From: a virus
Taxonomy: Duplodnaviria; Caudoviricetes
Length of the DNA stretch: 64,000 nt
Virus record (IMG/VR): IMGVR_UViG_3300028591_008352
Location: 1-64,000 of that record
Strand: one strand, 5' to 3'
A program made the translations under genes and the position numbers. Under the pieces are notes generated by a model, which saw nothing but the letters and a program-made list of their open reading frames with translations, searched no databases and was not told the DNA's origin. Every line of letters begins with the position of its first letter. Positions within the stretch are counted from its first letter, which is position 1. Shown here in pieces: positions 44,301-54,551 of the stretch.

Positions 44301-46217
44301 ACCCGCCAGATCGCTCAGGCTGAGGACGAGGTAACAAGGGCTACAAACGAGAGTGCCGAGGCAATAATGAAGATGCACGCTGCCGAGGTTAATGCTCAGA
44401 AAGTTATCAAGGAGAGGACCGGAAAGGATGTGAGCCTTGACGACTTCAGGGCAAAGACGGCAGATGAAATCGTCAGCAGCCTTGGACTGTCCGATCTGAA
44501 GAACGCTAATGGTGAGAATGTCAAATCGATCGAGGATATAACGCAAGCCATCAACGCTGCCATCATTGCCGTTACCGATGCCACGGAGGCGGAAGAGAAC
44601 CTTACGCAGGCTCGTGGCAAATCCCAGAACCTCAAGGATATCCTTGGCGGTTTCAAGGGAAAGGGCATAGGAGGAGCCATATCTGACATCTTCAAGAATG
44701 CGACTGGCAACTTCAGTGCAATGGGAATCGTCAACATGGCGAACCAGAACGTACAGAGCCTTGCAGAGCTTACAGAAACCCTTAATCTGTCAGAAACTCA
44801 TTTCGGGACGTTCGTTAACGACTTCGCCAGTGCCACCAGTTCTTTCACCAGTTCCGTCCAGTCCCTTGCAAGCGGTGATGTCGCTGGGGCAATCAATGGA
44901 GTTGTCAAGGGCTTTGAGGGCCTGGGGCGCTCCTTTGGAAACATACTTGGAATAGCAATCGATGCGGACTACAGCTCCTATAACAGACTCGTCGAGCAGT
45001 ATGACGAGCTGATAGGCGTATGGGACGAGCTGATAGACCGCAAGAGCGAATATATCGGCATGAGCTACGGCGCTGAGACGCTGAAGGTCGGCAGGGAGGC
45101 GTTAGACCTCATTGAGAAGCAGGCAGAGGCATACAGGGAGCTTGGCAAGGAAAGGCTCAACGCAGGGTCGTCGGCAGGGTCGAGCTCCATAGGACGCAGA
45201 ATATCCAAGAATATGGATGCCGGGGACTGGAAGGGCATAGCGGACAGTCTCGGGTGGTCTGTTGACGAGGCGAAGGAGTTCATCGGCACATCAAGAATGA
45301 CCGGGCTGTTCGACCTCACGGCGGAGCAGATTAAAGCCCTGCAGGAAGGCAACCAGGTATGGTGGGCAAAGCTCGACGACGATGTGAGAAAATACCTTGA
45401 GAGCATCATCGAGAACGAGGAGAAATGGTCCGCCGCGCAAAGCCAGATGATGCAGCAGCTCACCACCACCACGGAGGATAACGTGTTCAGCGGATTCCTC
45501 GATGACCTCTACGGCATAGCAGACGGTTCAGAGGAAGTATTCGACAACATTGCCGAAAGCTGGCAGCAGATGGTCAACAGAATGGTCATCAACAACCTTG
45601 TAGGTGCGAGGTTTCAGGAATCGCTCAAAGGATGGTACGACGACCTGTACAAGGCAATGCAGAAGCGTTCCGAGAACGGCGACAACAAAGAGTTCAAGAG
45701 CGACATCGACCGTCTTCAGAAGGAATACGAGGACTATGTACGTGAGGCGCAGGAGGAGATTGAGGTGCTTCGCGGAGTGGGAATCATCAGCGGAAGCGCA
45801 GAGGCTAAAGAGGATAAGAACGCATCGAATGTAATGGCTGACAAGGCTACATACGATCAGTTTGAGAAATACCTTGGCATAGCTACGGCACAGCAGATAA
45901 CCGAGGAACAGATCAGGTCCATCCTCCAGAGGTGGGACGGAAATATCAGCCCTGTCGTAAACTTGCCGGAAAGCCAATCCCCTGTTGTGAACGTTGAGAC
46001 GAAGGCTGACAACAAGGAAGCGTTGCTCATCATCGAAAACCTACGCTCGATTGCCGATATCACATCATCGAACGGCTCTACTACGAGGGAAATTAGAGAG
46101 CTTGTGAAGACATCCAATGAGTATCTGTTGGATATAAAGAAGTCGAACAGGGAGATACTGGAGGCTATGACGGTGCGAGTTGATAACCTTTACAATCTTA
46201 TGGAGAAGAAGCTATGA
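41367..46217 (+). CDS. Tape measure protein
   Basis: 1616 aa, helical; SFETLAG...TP...AQTLLGF...GQDLLQMINAGFNPL. Confidence 0.92.
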   Translation: MDDEVLSFSAELEEKGFVEGMNKLLEAIHGMAEEVKKTGMTVDQFSTKALASFDTMTAAINRQAQAQGRAGKAGRDASEAERQGADNATEAIGRTGRATDELGRKLQKAGDEGSVSFGKMAKYAAGFFTLQKAKEFGQKMFDVRKEMESLQVSFETLAGADVGKQLYEDIKQFTLNTPMMMGDFAKGAQTLLGFNIEAQKVMPILKQIGDISMGDSQKFNSLTLAFAQMSSTGKLMGQDLLQMINAGFNPLVVISEKTGKSVAELKDEMSKGAISVEMVEEAFRSATEEGGKFHGMLEQQSKTLGGAYSNLLGAIDEMFNEIGEKSEGIMAGAIDTATLLARNYEMVGKVIIGLVATYGTYKAAVMTVTAVERIQALSRLAHIKQMTLLQLATDILTRKTALLNATMLANPYVLAATAIGALVSAMVIGIKHTDVLADGQKKLNETYAEAEGAAAKEQRKIDDLFGTLRKAKNGTEEWKNAKSAILSQYGGYLKRLGTEVSSLKDVESAYRAVSRAARDAAMARGMEAAIGNINNDYGDTYSKNFDKIRNSLKSRYGEDFASKQMNLLRIHMQRNGGLISDNNKEALKGIMRGTSDYGNMDSWVTALNNAEKNRQQLLKEAQEKFGKLNAQIFDAAENPEGTGKHNVRNKRAIEEDKKKAQAELDSLEAIDAAGKKGAALRKKIAGYNKELESYSASSDKKAATEAAKQWKETVKSNAATIQEERRYQEELDKYTLQAEQARSDARIAAIRNDAERERAEQDEQHRRSLQQIAELADEMRKAIYEHNKKAWEAEHKDSPYELTEEGGKGWKEISLSDDQQSIINARLKKENAEYSRLLEERRRSERQSMYDYIKEYGSIQQQRLAITKEYDEKISETKDATQKAVLEQRKKQDLSSVDYNAIQQSIDWESVFNDIERLSTGALRSIREKLKAALNVGDITPENAKVLSEKILEIEDRISERSNVWSSLIPALKERERITRQIAQAEDEVTRATNESAEAIMKMHAAEVNAQKVIKERTGKDVSLDDFRAKTADEIVSSLGLSDLKNANGENVKSIEDITQAINAAIIAVTDATEAEENLTQARGKSQNLKDILGGFKGKGIGGAISDIFKNATGNFSAMGIVNMANQNVQSLAELTETLNLSETHFGTFVNDFASATSSFTSSVQSLASGDVAGAINGVVKGFEGLGRSFGNILGIAIDADYSSYNRLVEQYDELIGVWDELIDRKSEYIGMSYGAETLKVGREALDLIEKQAEAYRELGKERLNAGSSAGSSSIGRRISKNMDAGDWKGIADSLGWSVDEAKEFIGTSRMTGLFDLTAEQIKALQEGNQVWWAKLDDDVRKYLESIIENEEKWSAAQSQMMQQLTTTTEDNVFSGFLDDLYGIADGSEEVFDNIAESWQQMVNRMVINNLVGARFQESLKGWYDDLYKAMQKRSENGDNKEFKSDIDRLQKEYEDYVREAQEEIEVLRGVGIISGSAEAKEDKNASNVMADKATYDQFEKYLGIATAQQITEEQIRSILQRWDGNISPVVNLPESQSPVVNVETKADNKEALLIIENLRSIADITSSNGSTTREIRELVKTSNEYLLDIKKSNREILEAMTVRVDNLYNLMEKKL

Positions 46218-46690
46218 CGGAAGAAACATATATCAGGGTTGTAGGAAGCGAGGAATGGATAGACCTGTATGATACATACGGAATCTCGCTTGACGAGACA
46301 TCGCTTTCTAAGCTGATGACGCCGGCACCGAACAAACAGCCAACGGAGAACTCGAGCGACATCATGAACGGGAAGAGGCTGAACAGGGAGCCGGGGAACG
46401 TGCGCAAGGACGAGCGGAACGTGCAGCTGACAATCAACATCCATGCAAGGAACAAGGACGAGTTCCTAAGACTATACGGACGCTTCTGTAACGAAGTTCT
46501 TGACAATGGGTATTTCGACCTTAGAAGCTGTTACAATCCTGGTATGATATACCGCATGACCTACGTCGACTGCCAGCAGTTCAGCGAGTTCATGCTTGAG
46601 CTTGGGAAATTCACCCTGACGCTCAATGAGCCCGACCCTACTAACAGGGGTACTGATGACAAGTGGGATGAAGAAATAGAGGAAGAGTGA
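46214..46690 (+). CDS. Distal tail protein
   Basis: Follows TMP; DLYDTYGISL, FTLTLNEPDPTNR. Confidence 0.7.
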   Translation: MTEETYIRVVGSEEWIDLYDTYGISLDETSLSKLMTPAPNKQPTENSSDIMNGKRLNREPGNVRKDERNVQLTINIHARNKDEFLRLYGRFCNEVLDNGYFDLRSCYNPGMIYRMTYVDCQQFSEFMLELGKFTLTLNEPDPTNRGTDDKWDEEIEEE

Positions 46691-49600
46691 TGGAAGGAAG
46701 AATCAACATATACCAGATGAAGGAGGTAGGCGGCACGTTGAAAGAGACGGTCGTCTACAGGACTTATCTTAGCAGCGAATCGGTGCATGAGGAGGAAATG
46801 AGCATATCCAACCTCATACGCCTCTCCTTCGACGGGGAGAGGAATATAACTCTTCCAGCCGGGGCGTACATTAAGCATGGCGGTGTCAAGTACCGTCTGC
46901 TCAGTGCCTACCATCCGAAAGCGAACAACAACAGAAGCTACAAGTACACGCCGGAGTTCCAGCACCCAGTCATGCTCCTCTCACGGATTCCGTATTTCCA
47001 TCTTGACGGTGACACATCGGGAGGCAATCAGGGACACGAACCACCTACTCCAGCGGATGTATGGCGGACGGCCACCAAGGAGTCGGAATGGAGCTTCAGC
47101 GGATATGCCGCTACGCTTGTGAACGATGTGGTCACATACATGAACCTGTACCTTGGCATGATTGATGGGACGCTTGCATCAGAGCTTGGCGCAGGATGGG
47201 AATATGTATGCGACAGCTTCGGACAGAAGGTAGTGGAAATATCTGTTCAGGCTTCGGACATCATCAGCGTCGTGTCACAGGCTGCGGAGCAGTGCGGCTG
47301 TGAGTTCCACTTCGACGCAGTACAAAAGATACTCTTCTTCGGTGACGTGGCTAACCAAATGACTGAAACCCCGTTTGTACTGAAAAGCGGCTACAATGTC
47401 AGCCATGCGAGCGTGACGAGCAACAGCGAGGAATACTATAACCGATATGTCGTAAGGGGCGGCACGACGAACCTCTCCCAGCCTACCTATGCGGGCGGCA
47501 ATGCAAGGGTAACGAAGCGCCTCACCCTTGAGGGAATGTATTATTCTGGCACCGGAATAGAAATGTACCCAGATTCCATTCTCGACCTTCGAGGAAACGA
47601 AAATGTACCAGAGTATATACGCTCGGATGCCAACGAGCCCGCACTGACGGGGCAGATAACGATGGACGATGTATATCCTCATCTGAAGGTGTACATCTAC
47701 AACCCGAGGGAAAGACGGTGCTACAAGCTTGACGAGGACGGGAACGAGCTTACCGACCAGATTTATTCGAAGTGGTACATTAGGCTTGCATACAAGACCA
47801 CCGAGGCGGAGTATGATGAAAATGAGAACCCTCTCTTCATCGCACAGGAGACCTTCGGCGGAACGACCTACTATTGGTACCCTTATGTCATCACGGACGA
47901 GATGCGGATACAGGACACCGACTTGCAGATATCCTTCCTCCCGAACTACGACACGGAGAAATATTCAAGCCCGTTGGTGGGCAGGACGTTCGTAATCGTT
48001 CCTTTCTATGAGAAAACTCAGGAGAACGAGCATAATGTTGACCATATCCCGTTCAACGTGTATGCCGGAGAGTACCGCATAGACTTCGAGGAAGATAACG
48101 GGCTGATTATTCCGACCGGAGAAGAAGGAGGTCTTTATCCGCAGGGGGCCTCTACCCCGTCCCATGAGAACAACATCGTGTCGGTCATTGGCGTGGCCGT
48201 CACGGAAGAATTGAAGACGGAGGCGAAGTATGAGCTTCTACAGGCTGCTATTGAGTATGTCGGCCAACAGAGGAAGGACAGGAAGACATACTCATTCGAT
48301 TCCTATGTAAGACACTTCCGTCATTATAGGCAGAACCCGAACTTCCGTCTGTATGTCGGTCAGAAGGTTATATACGACGACGGAGGCGACCTTATCGGCG
48401 GCACCTCCATGCGTCTTGAGACGAAGATAAGGAAGCTTGTCACCCGTCTGACCGACCCGGATAACATAAAGATTGAGGTAGGCAATGAAAGAATCGTCGG
48501 CAGAAGGGAAAGCTATGAGAAGAAAGTAGAGACGCTGATAACGTACATCGGCGGTGCTAACGGTGGCAATATGACCGATGCGGACTTCCTGAAGCTGCTC
48601 AACACGTTCGGCCGCAGGATGTTCCTGTCGAAAGAGCATGATGACACGGCAAAGGGAATCATTACTTTCTTACGGGGGATATGCTTCGGTGCAAGTCAGG
48701 ACTGGAAGATAACAGGCGACGGCGATGCAACCCTGCATGACATCAATGCTCAGAATGCTATCTTTAACACGCTCACTGCCCAGAATGCGCACTTCTTCAA
48801 TCTTATCATCGACGAGATAAAGTCGGTCGGAGGCCAGTTGATTATCACCCCGGCTAACTGCCGTATTGACAAGGCTGTTGAACTTGAAAATAACGAGGGG
48901 TGGAAATGTTACTTCAAGAAGTCAGACGGGAACAAAACGATAAACAACCAGTGGGTGCCCGGTATGCAGGCAATCCATCAGGAGTTTAACGTGGCCGATA
49001 ATGGCACAAGGAATTACTGGCGTGTCGTCACGGCGATTGGCGAAGAGGAGAATGTGGAAATCGACGAAGAAAACACATTCGACTGTCATTACATTGTTCT
49101 AGGCAACAAACAGGGAGAATATAAGAACGATTCAAGTTTAGGCGACAAGTTTGTTGCTGCACCACAGGCAGGGGATGACATCTCGCAACTCGGATTCAAT
49201 GAGGCGTGGTGCCTGGCACAGCCAAACGGCACTCTGCCATCCGACTATAAGCAGTTGGAGAATGCTATCATTCTGTCTGCTTATAACATTCCATTCATCT
49301 ATACTGGTCCGTATAAGGAAGACGCTAACGGCATACAAGCACCTTTATATGCAGCGTTTAGCGGAATTAAAGACTTTGTTGTAAAAGAAGACAACCTGTT
49401 AGTCGGAATAGCAGGTAACGGACATACGTTTAAGGGGCGTGTCATTATCGAGCAAGGATCTACCCTTGCTGACGGTAGGGATGTGAACAATCTCGGTGTG
49501 CAGGAAGGGAATCTTCTTCGCAACAGCGGATTTACGGGAGATTATAATAGCATTGAAGTTGACGGGGATATGGATATGTCGGCTGGCACAGAAGTCTATT

Positions 49601-51258
49601 CCGAACCGCTAAAATATTGGCTTGTGACTGATGCGAATGGTCGTGCAAGTACAAGTGCCGTTGAAGTCATCGAAGAATCAAATGCTGTCAGCGGATATGC
49701 TGCTGTGATTAACGGCAATCTGTCACAGGACATAGATGTGTACCCTGGCACTTGGTATATGCTGATGTTCAAGGCATATATAAGCGACAATACTACTGGA
49801 AGACTAACAATCAACTTAGGTGGGGAAAGTAAGCAAGTGACCGTCACTTATACCACACAAAGATTCGCACTTCCAATCCATACTGGTGAATCTGTAGATG
49901 AAGCATACAAGAAGTTAGTGCTATCAGGTGAAGGTATAACAGTCTATGACCTTATGCTTGTTCAAGGGAATATCCCGACCGAATACAAGCCATCGGAGAA
50001 GGATAATGACAAGACACTTGCTGAATTACTCAATCTCGAATATCTCAAAAGGGCAATCTATGAAGCAAACACGGAGATAATTGGCGGTCTGATTATGTCC
50101 CAATTAATCAAGGTCGGTAACTACGTGAACGGCAGGCAAGAGAATACTGGAGGTATGAGCGGACTATACACAGATGGCAACTCTCCTTTCCTCTGGGGTG
50201 GCGGCACATTTGAGCAGGCTATTGAAACCATTATGTATTATGCCGGCAGAAGACCGGAGCATTATTACGACGAGGAACCCGAAGGTCACGTAAACTTTGC
50301 TGTCTCACATGGGGGGACGGCTATATTGAATGATATTATCCTAAGAGGCTATATCAACGCCATTGGCGGTATATTCAAGAACGTCCGTTCCGCTAACGGC
50401 AAATGGTCGCTTGATGAAGACGGATATATGCGCTGCGTAAACGCATGGATAAGCGGAAGCATATATACTCCTTACACTATCATCAACAATGACAATATCG
50501 AAGACAACTCGACAATACGGCAAATAACTATCAGATGGGGCATCACGGAAATAACACGTGATGTCAGAGTGCTGAACCTCGAAAAGACAGGGTTCAATCT
50601 ACAGATTGACTATCAGAGTAATGAAAGTATGCCGCTGTTTATCATGTTGCCTGAAGACGACGGCTTAATTGGCGCGGAAGTCAACGTATTCCAAAACTCA
50701 ATTCATAGATGTGCATTAGTGCATATATCGAAGGTAAGCATGGATGATAACCGCTATTATGAATATTTCAATCCTATTCTGCTGAAAGGGCAGAAGATAA
50801 AGCTCAAATGCTTCAAGGATGGAGATACAAACAGGTGGTTTCCTGAAGCGTACACTGATGCGTTACGATTCAGAACACCTTTGGAAATTGCCTATGTAGA
50901 AGTGGAGGTCATTAAAGTAAATGATGAATGGATTCTTCGTGAAATTGTAGGACGCTATCATTCTGAGGCGAGATTCCAATATGTAAGAGATAATGTAGGG
51001 AAGTATATTGTAACGCTTCCTTCTGACTGGAGAAGCGTAGGTGTAATTGGTTGTGACATTGTTCCGCATTCTTATGTAATGATGGAGTATAACAGAGGTG
51101 CCTATGCGAGTGTAATAGACAAAGACCCTGTAAACAGCAGCTTTACAATACAGGTAGCCGATGACGATTCTGTTAATGACGGAAACTTCGGATTCACGAT
51201 ATATCTAAACAGGGATGAAGAGTCAATCGACATAAACCCAATTTTGAATAACGAATAA
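46687..51258 (+). CDS. Tail tip / baseplate hub protein with carbohydrate-binding-like and fibre regions
   Basis: 1523 aa after Dit; EGNLLRNSGF CBM-like segment; compositional shift in the distal third. Confidence 0.75.
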   Translation: MMEGRINIYQMKEVGGTLKETVVYRTYLSSESVHEEEMSISNLIRLSFDGERNITLPAGAYIKHGGVKYRLLSAYHPKANNNRSYKYTPEFQHPVMLLSRIPYFHLDGDTSGGNQGHEPPTPADVWRTATKESEWSFSGYAATLVNDVVTYMNLYLGMIDGTLASELGAGWEYVCDSFGQKVVEISVQASDIISVVSQAAEQCGCEFHFDAVQKILFFGDVANQMTETPFVLKSGYNVSHASVTSNSEEYYNRYVVRGGTTNLSQPTYAGGNARVTKRLTLEGMYYSGTGIEMYPDSILDLRGNENVPEYIRSDANEPALTGQITMDDVYPHLKVYIYNPRERRCYKLDEDGNELTDQIYSKWYIRLAYKTTEAEYDENENPLFIAQETFGGTTYYWYPYVITDEMRIQDTDLQISFLPNYDTEKYSSPLVGRTFVIVPFYEKTQENEHNVDHIPFNVYAGEYRIDFEEDNGLIIPTGEEGGLYPQGASTPSHENNIVSVIGVAVTEELKTEAKYELLQAAIEYVGQQRKDRKTYSFDSYVRHFRHYRQNPNFRLYVGQKVIYDDGGDLIGGTSMRLETKIRKLVTRLTDPDNIKIEVGNERIVGRRESYEKKVETLITYIGGANGGNMTDADFLKLLNTFGRRMFLSKEHDDTAKGIITFLRGICFGASQDWKITGDGDATLHDINAQNAIFNTLTAQNAHFFNLIIDEIKSVGGQLIITPANCRIDKAVELENNEGWKCYFKKSDGNKTINNQWVPGMQAIHQEFNVADNGTRNYWRVVTAIGEEENVEIDEENTFDCHYIVLGNKQGEYKNDSSLGDKFVAAPQAGDDISQLGFNEAWCLAQPNGTLPSDYKQLENAIILSAYNIPFIYTGPYKEDANGIQAPLYAAFSGIKDFVVKEDNLLVGIAGNGHTFKGRVIIEQGSTLADGRDVNNLGVQEGNLLRNSGFTGDYNSIEVDGDMDMSAGTEVYSEPLKYWLVTDANGRASTSAVEVIEESNAVSGYAAVINGNLSQDIDVYPGTWYMLMFKAYISDNTTGRLTINLGGESKQVTVTYTTQRFALPIHTGESVDEAYKKLVLSGEGITVYDLMLVQGNIPTEYKPSEKDNDKTLAELLNLEYLKRAIYEANTEIIGGLIMSQLIKVGNYVNGRQENTGGMSGLYTDGNSPFLWGGGTFEQAIETIMYYAGRRPEHYYDEEPEGHVNFAVSHGGTAILNDIILRGYINAIGGIFKNVRSANGKWSLDEDGYMRCVNAWISGSIYTPYTIINNDNIEDNSTIRQITIRWGITEITRDVRVLNLEKTGFNLQIDYQSNESMPLFIMLPEDDGLIGAEVNVFQNSIHRCALVHISKVSMDDNRYYEYFNPILLKGQKIKLKCFKDGDTNRWFPEAYTDALRFRTPLEIAYVEVEVIKVNDEWILREIVGRYHSEARFQYVRDNVGKYIVTLPSDWRSVGVIGCDIVPHSYVMMEYNRGAYASVIDKDPVNSSFTIQVADDDSVNDGNFGFTIYLNRDEESIDINPILNNE

Positions 51259-51269
51259 AAAAACGAAAT

Positions 51270-54002
51270 ATGGCAGAAGAGAACGATAGCATTTTACATA
51301 GAATACCTTTTTCGGGAAAATTCTCCGACATTGCAAACTGGCTGAATGAAAACTTTCATCTGATAGAGCTGGCAATCAAGCAGAATACAGGTAAGAGCGC
51401 ATACGAGGTATGGCGCGACTATACGGACGGACAGGGAAATCAGCCGAACATAGACAAGACCGAAGAGGAATTTCTTGCCTCATTGAAAGAAAGCGGCTAC
51501 AAGATGCAGGCGGTGACAGCTCGCCCGTCAACGATAGCAGGAATCGAAGCAGATACAATCTACATGTACCCTGACGGAACTGGGCAATTCTCGACTGCCA
51601 TCTATACAGGCGACCTAAACAGTACGTATGACAGCACTAAATGGATTGTTTTGGCTACGAATCCGGGTGACTTGTCAGGTGCATTTTCTGACATTGAAGG
51701 GATTAAAGAGAATATAAGGAAAACACCTTCTATGGTCTCTAATATGGGAAGGAACCACGTATTTGTTTCCACTAATGATAATCCTGATGTAATCAATGTG
51801 TGTGATGCAAAAGGTAATATTGCAATATCTGTAAGAAACGGACATCTCTACACAAAAAACGCCAACACGGAGGTACTTGGAAGTTTTAAAGAGAACGGCA
51901 ACGGCGAATTTACCGTATCGGATGCAAGGGGCAATGTAGCTTTTAAGGTCAGTGAAAATGGCGTCTCATTAAAAAAGGGTATAGTTGACGAGTTGATTTT
52001 GGGCGGGAATAATATACTTGAGATGATAACCAGTCTCTCACGCGACACATTGAAATTCATCAATACGGATGAAGGTGATATTATCAGACTTATAGATAAA
52101 CATGGGTATATCCTCGCTATTATCTCAGAAAATGGCATCACTACACGGAATAGTGCAAGTTCGGATATTGATATAACCGTTGCCAACTCTGACACTATTA
52201 CTATTATCGGTTCTTCGCTTGGCGAGACAGAAGGATATGGTACAACGATATTCCCTGCCAACAAACATTGGAGCGGCATAATATCAATGTATCTTGACTA
52301 TCGAATCCAGAATCTCTCTGTGTCTGGCTCAAACAAAATCACCGCGCTATATAAAATCAGGAAAGGTGATTGGAAGCCTATCGGTAGATATTGCCTTGTT
52401 GCCAATGATGAGAACGTGCAATTCGATAGCCGCCAGCACACAATGGCATTAGACAATCTATGTAAGTGTCTGTTGTCTATTGGAATAGAACCAATTATCT
52501 GCACATCATATCATAAAGATTGGTGTTTATCCTCTGCGTATAAAAATTATGCTAAAGAACATAACTACATGATGCTCGATGCTGCACATTATTGCAATAG
52601 TCTGAGAAGCGGAATCGTAGAAGAGTTCGATGATGGGGCGCATCTTCGCAGGAGAAATATACCGATGGTTGCTGATGCCTATATGCCACAGCTAATGATG
52701 ATGGAGAACCCATTGCAGAGCGTCAAGGTGTTCAGGGTAAGGGACGCTTCTTTTAATGACCTTGACGAGCTTGTATTCACTTCCAACTTTGAGCGGGCAA
52801 AAATTTTTAGGGAGATAACGGTAAGCAGTTCGGCTAATATTGACGAATATTGCAAGTTGGCAGGAGGAAGCAGCATTAGCTTCAATAAGGTTGCACTCAT
52901 CAGTTGTATTTTGCCAGCTATCGGTAAAAATGCGAACAATGTAAGATTGTCATTCGTCACAAATGACGACAACATTGCGGTGTATGCCAAAAATGACATG
53001 ATAAGCCCATATCCTAACCCGACAAATGCAACAAGGGCAAGGTTTAGCATAGAAGATGAGATTGATGTCCCTTCTGTCGGTTCCGTCTATACTGTCGAAG
53101 GAAGTGACTATACTGTGACGGATATAATCATTGGTGAGAATAATTATTATTGCACCGTCTATTGCACTCCAAGCACGTTACCATCCACTCTCGAAGATGG
53201 TAATATGACCAAGAAAAGCGGAGATGGTGATGAACAGATATATTATGCACTGGCAGAGCAAGCAACAGTGTCCGTCATGCAATTTGTCGAAAATGACAAT
53301 AACGGACATTATGTAGCTTTGACAAAATCTAACGGATATTATAGATTGCCAGACGAAGATGGATATATTGACTATGATAAGGTCAACTTTCTTATTGTTT
53401 CAAGTGGAACTTTTTCGTTGTCAGATATACATGTGATGCTAAGTGCATCGTCGAAAAAACAACGGAAAGACAGGATGTTGTTTGAATGGACTGATAATGA
53501 TGAACTGCCAACAGATGAATTGCTGCCGGAAACGAAATTCGGAAATGTAGGAACAAGCACAAGCTACTGGAGAAATGACAGCAATAGCCCCTTGATGTCG
53601 CAAAGTTCTTATGGAGAAAAATATCCGTCCGGGTGTTCGTCTCTTGTGCGCATATCAGATGTTGTAGCAATGAATTACACAGCACCATCCTCCTCTTTGG
53701 CGAAGAACGGAAAAATGTGGCTGGAGGTATGGTGTAGATATTTCCCGACTGCCCCATCTCCATACACGCAAGCTGGAGACACGGTAATTGACGATTCGAG
53801 TTATGACTATTCCACATTATACGTCCAATTTGGAGAGATGAACAAGAAAGCGGTTGTGGAAAACGAAGTTGGACTAATGTGGAAAATAGTCAGAGTGCCT
53901 ATAACATTGTATTACAACGCATCAACTCCGTCAATGCCAATCAGACTGTCTGCTTCTAAGGAGCTGGAGATTTGTAAAGTTTCCCTCAAATACGAATGTT
54001 AA
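51270..54002 (+). CDS. Tail spike/receptor-binding protein with SGNH-like esterase domain
   Basis: Three DxxGxIxxxVxENG-like repeats, then IIGSSL (block I), NLSVSG, and DGAH (block V). Confidence 0.65.
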   Translation: MAEENDSILHRIPFSGKFSDIANWLNENFHLIELAIKQNTGKSAYEVWRDYTDGQGNQPNIDKTEEEFLASLKESGYKMQAVTARPSTIAGIEADTIYMYPDGTGQFSTAIYTGDLNSTYDSTKWIVLATNPGDLSGAFSDIEGIKENIRKTPSMVSNMGRNHVFVSTNDNPDVINVCDAKGNIAISVRNGHLYTKNANTEVLGSFKENGNGEFTVSDARGNVAFKVSENGVSLKKGIVDELILGGNNILEMITSLSRDTLKFINTDEGDIIRLIDKHGYILAIISENGITTRNSASSDIDITVANSDTITIIGSSLGETEGYGTTIFPANKHWSGIISMYLDYRIQNLSVSGSNKITALYKIRKGDWKPIGRYCLVANDENVQFDSRQHTMALDNLCKCLLSIGIEPIICTSYHKDWCLSSAYKNYAKEHNYMMLDAAHYCNSLRSGIVEEFDDGAHLRRRNIPMVADAYMPQLMMMENPLQSVKVFRVRDASFNDLDELVFTSNFERAKIFREITVSSSANIDEYCKLAGGSSISFNKVALISCILPAIGKNANNVRLSFVTNDDNIAVYAKNDMISPYPNPTNATRARFSIEDEIDVPSVGSVYTVEGSDYTVTDIIIGENNYYCTVYCTPSTLPSTLEDGNMTKKSGDGDEQIYYALAEQATVSVMQFVENDNNGHYVALTKSNGYYRLPDEDGYIDYDKVNFLIVSSGTFSLSDIHVMLSASSKKQRKDRMLFEWTDNDELPTDELLPETKFGNVGTSTSYWRNDSNSPLMSQSSYGEKYPSGCSSLVRISDVVAMNYTAPSSSLAKNGKMWLEVWCRYFPTAPSPYTQAGDTVIDDSSYDYSTLYVQFGEMNKKAVVENEVGLMWKIVRVPITLYYNASTPSMPIRLSASKELEICKVSLKYEC

Positions 54003-54019
54003 TTAAAAAAAATAAAATC

Positions 54020-54466
54020 ATGAACATTGTTATTCCAAACGCTGATTTCTCTTCCGTTGCCATAGGCAAGGTAGATATGAATGTAACGAAAATAGGCGAT
54101 TATCACGTCTATTCAGATAATGCCGGTAAATTGTATTACATCGGCAGTCAGTATTCTTCTATATTTGACGTTGAAGGATGCACGCAGATATACATTAAGG
54201 CTTCGGGTAAGTATGCGTCGTCTGCTGTAGCATCAAGACCTCATTGTATATTCTACAGTGAATATCCGGGCACCGACTTAACTGATGCAAGTGAGGCAAA
54301 CGCATTCAACGCATATCGTATTAGTGCAGAGATAGACACAGAAGCAACACTCGGTGATGTCTATGACTTCGAGGGTGTCGTGAGTGTCCCGACAGGTTCC
54401 AAGTGTGTATTACTACAATATCTAAGTAATTCTAATTACGATAAAGTTTGCATCAAGGAGTCGTAA
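54020..54466 (+). CDS. Tail-associated hypothetical protein
   Basis: MNIVIPNADFSSVAIGKV...; ATG at 54020. Confidence 0.6.
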   Translation: MNIVIPNADFSSVAIGKVDMNVTKIGDYHVYSDNAGKLYYIGSQYSSIFDVEGCTQIYIKASGKYASSAVASRPHCIFYSEYPGTDLTDASEANAFNAYRISAEIDTEATLGDVYDFEGVVSVPTGSKCVLLQYLSNSNYDKVCIKES

Positions 54467-54551
54467 CATTAAAACGATAAGCTATGAAATGTCTATGCTG
54501 TCAATAATATGTTGGTTCGCATTAAAAGATAATGCTTAAAATTCTGAAAGT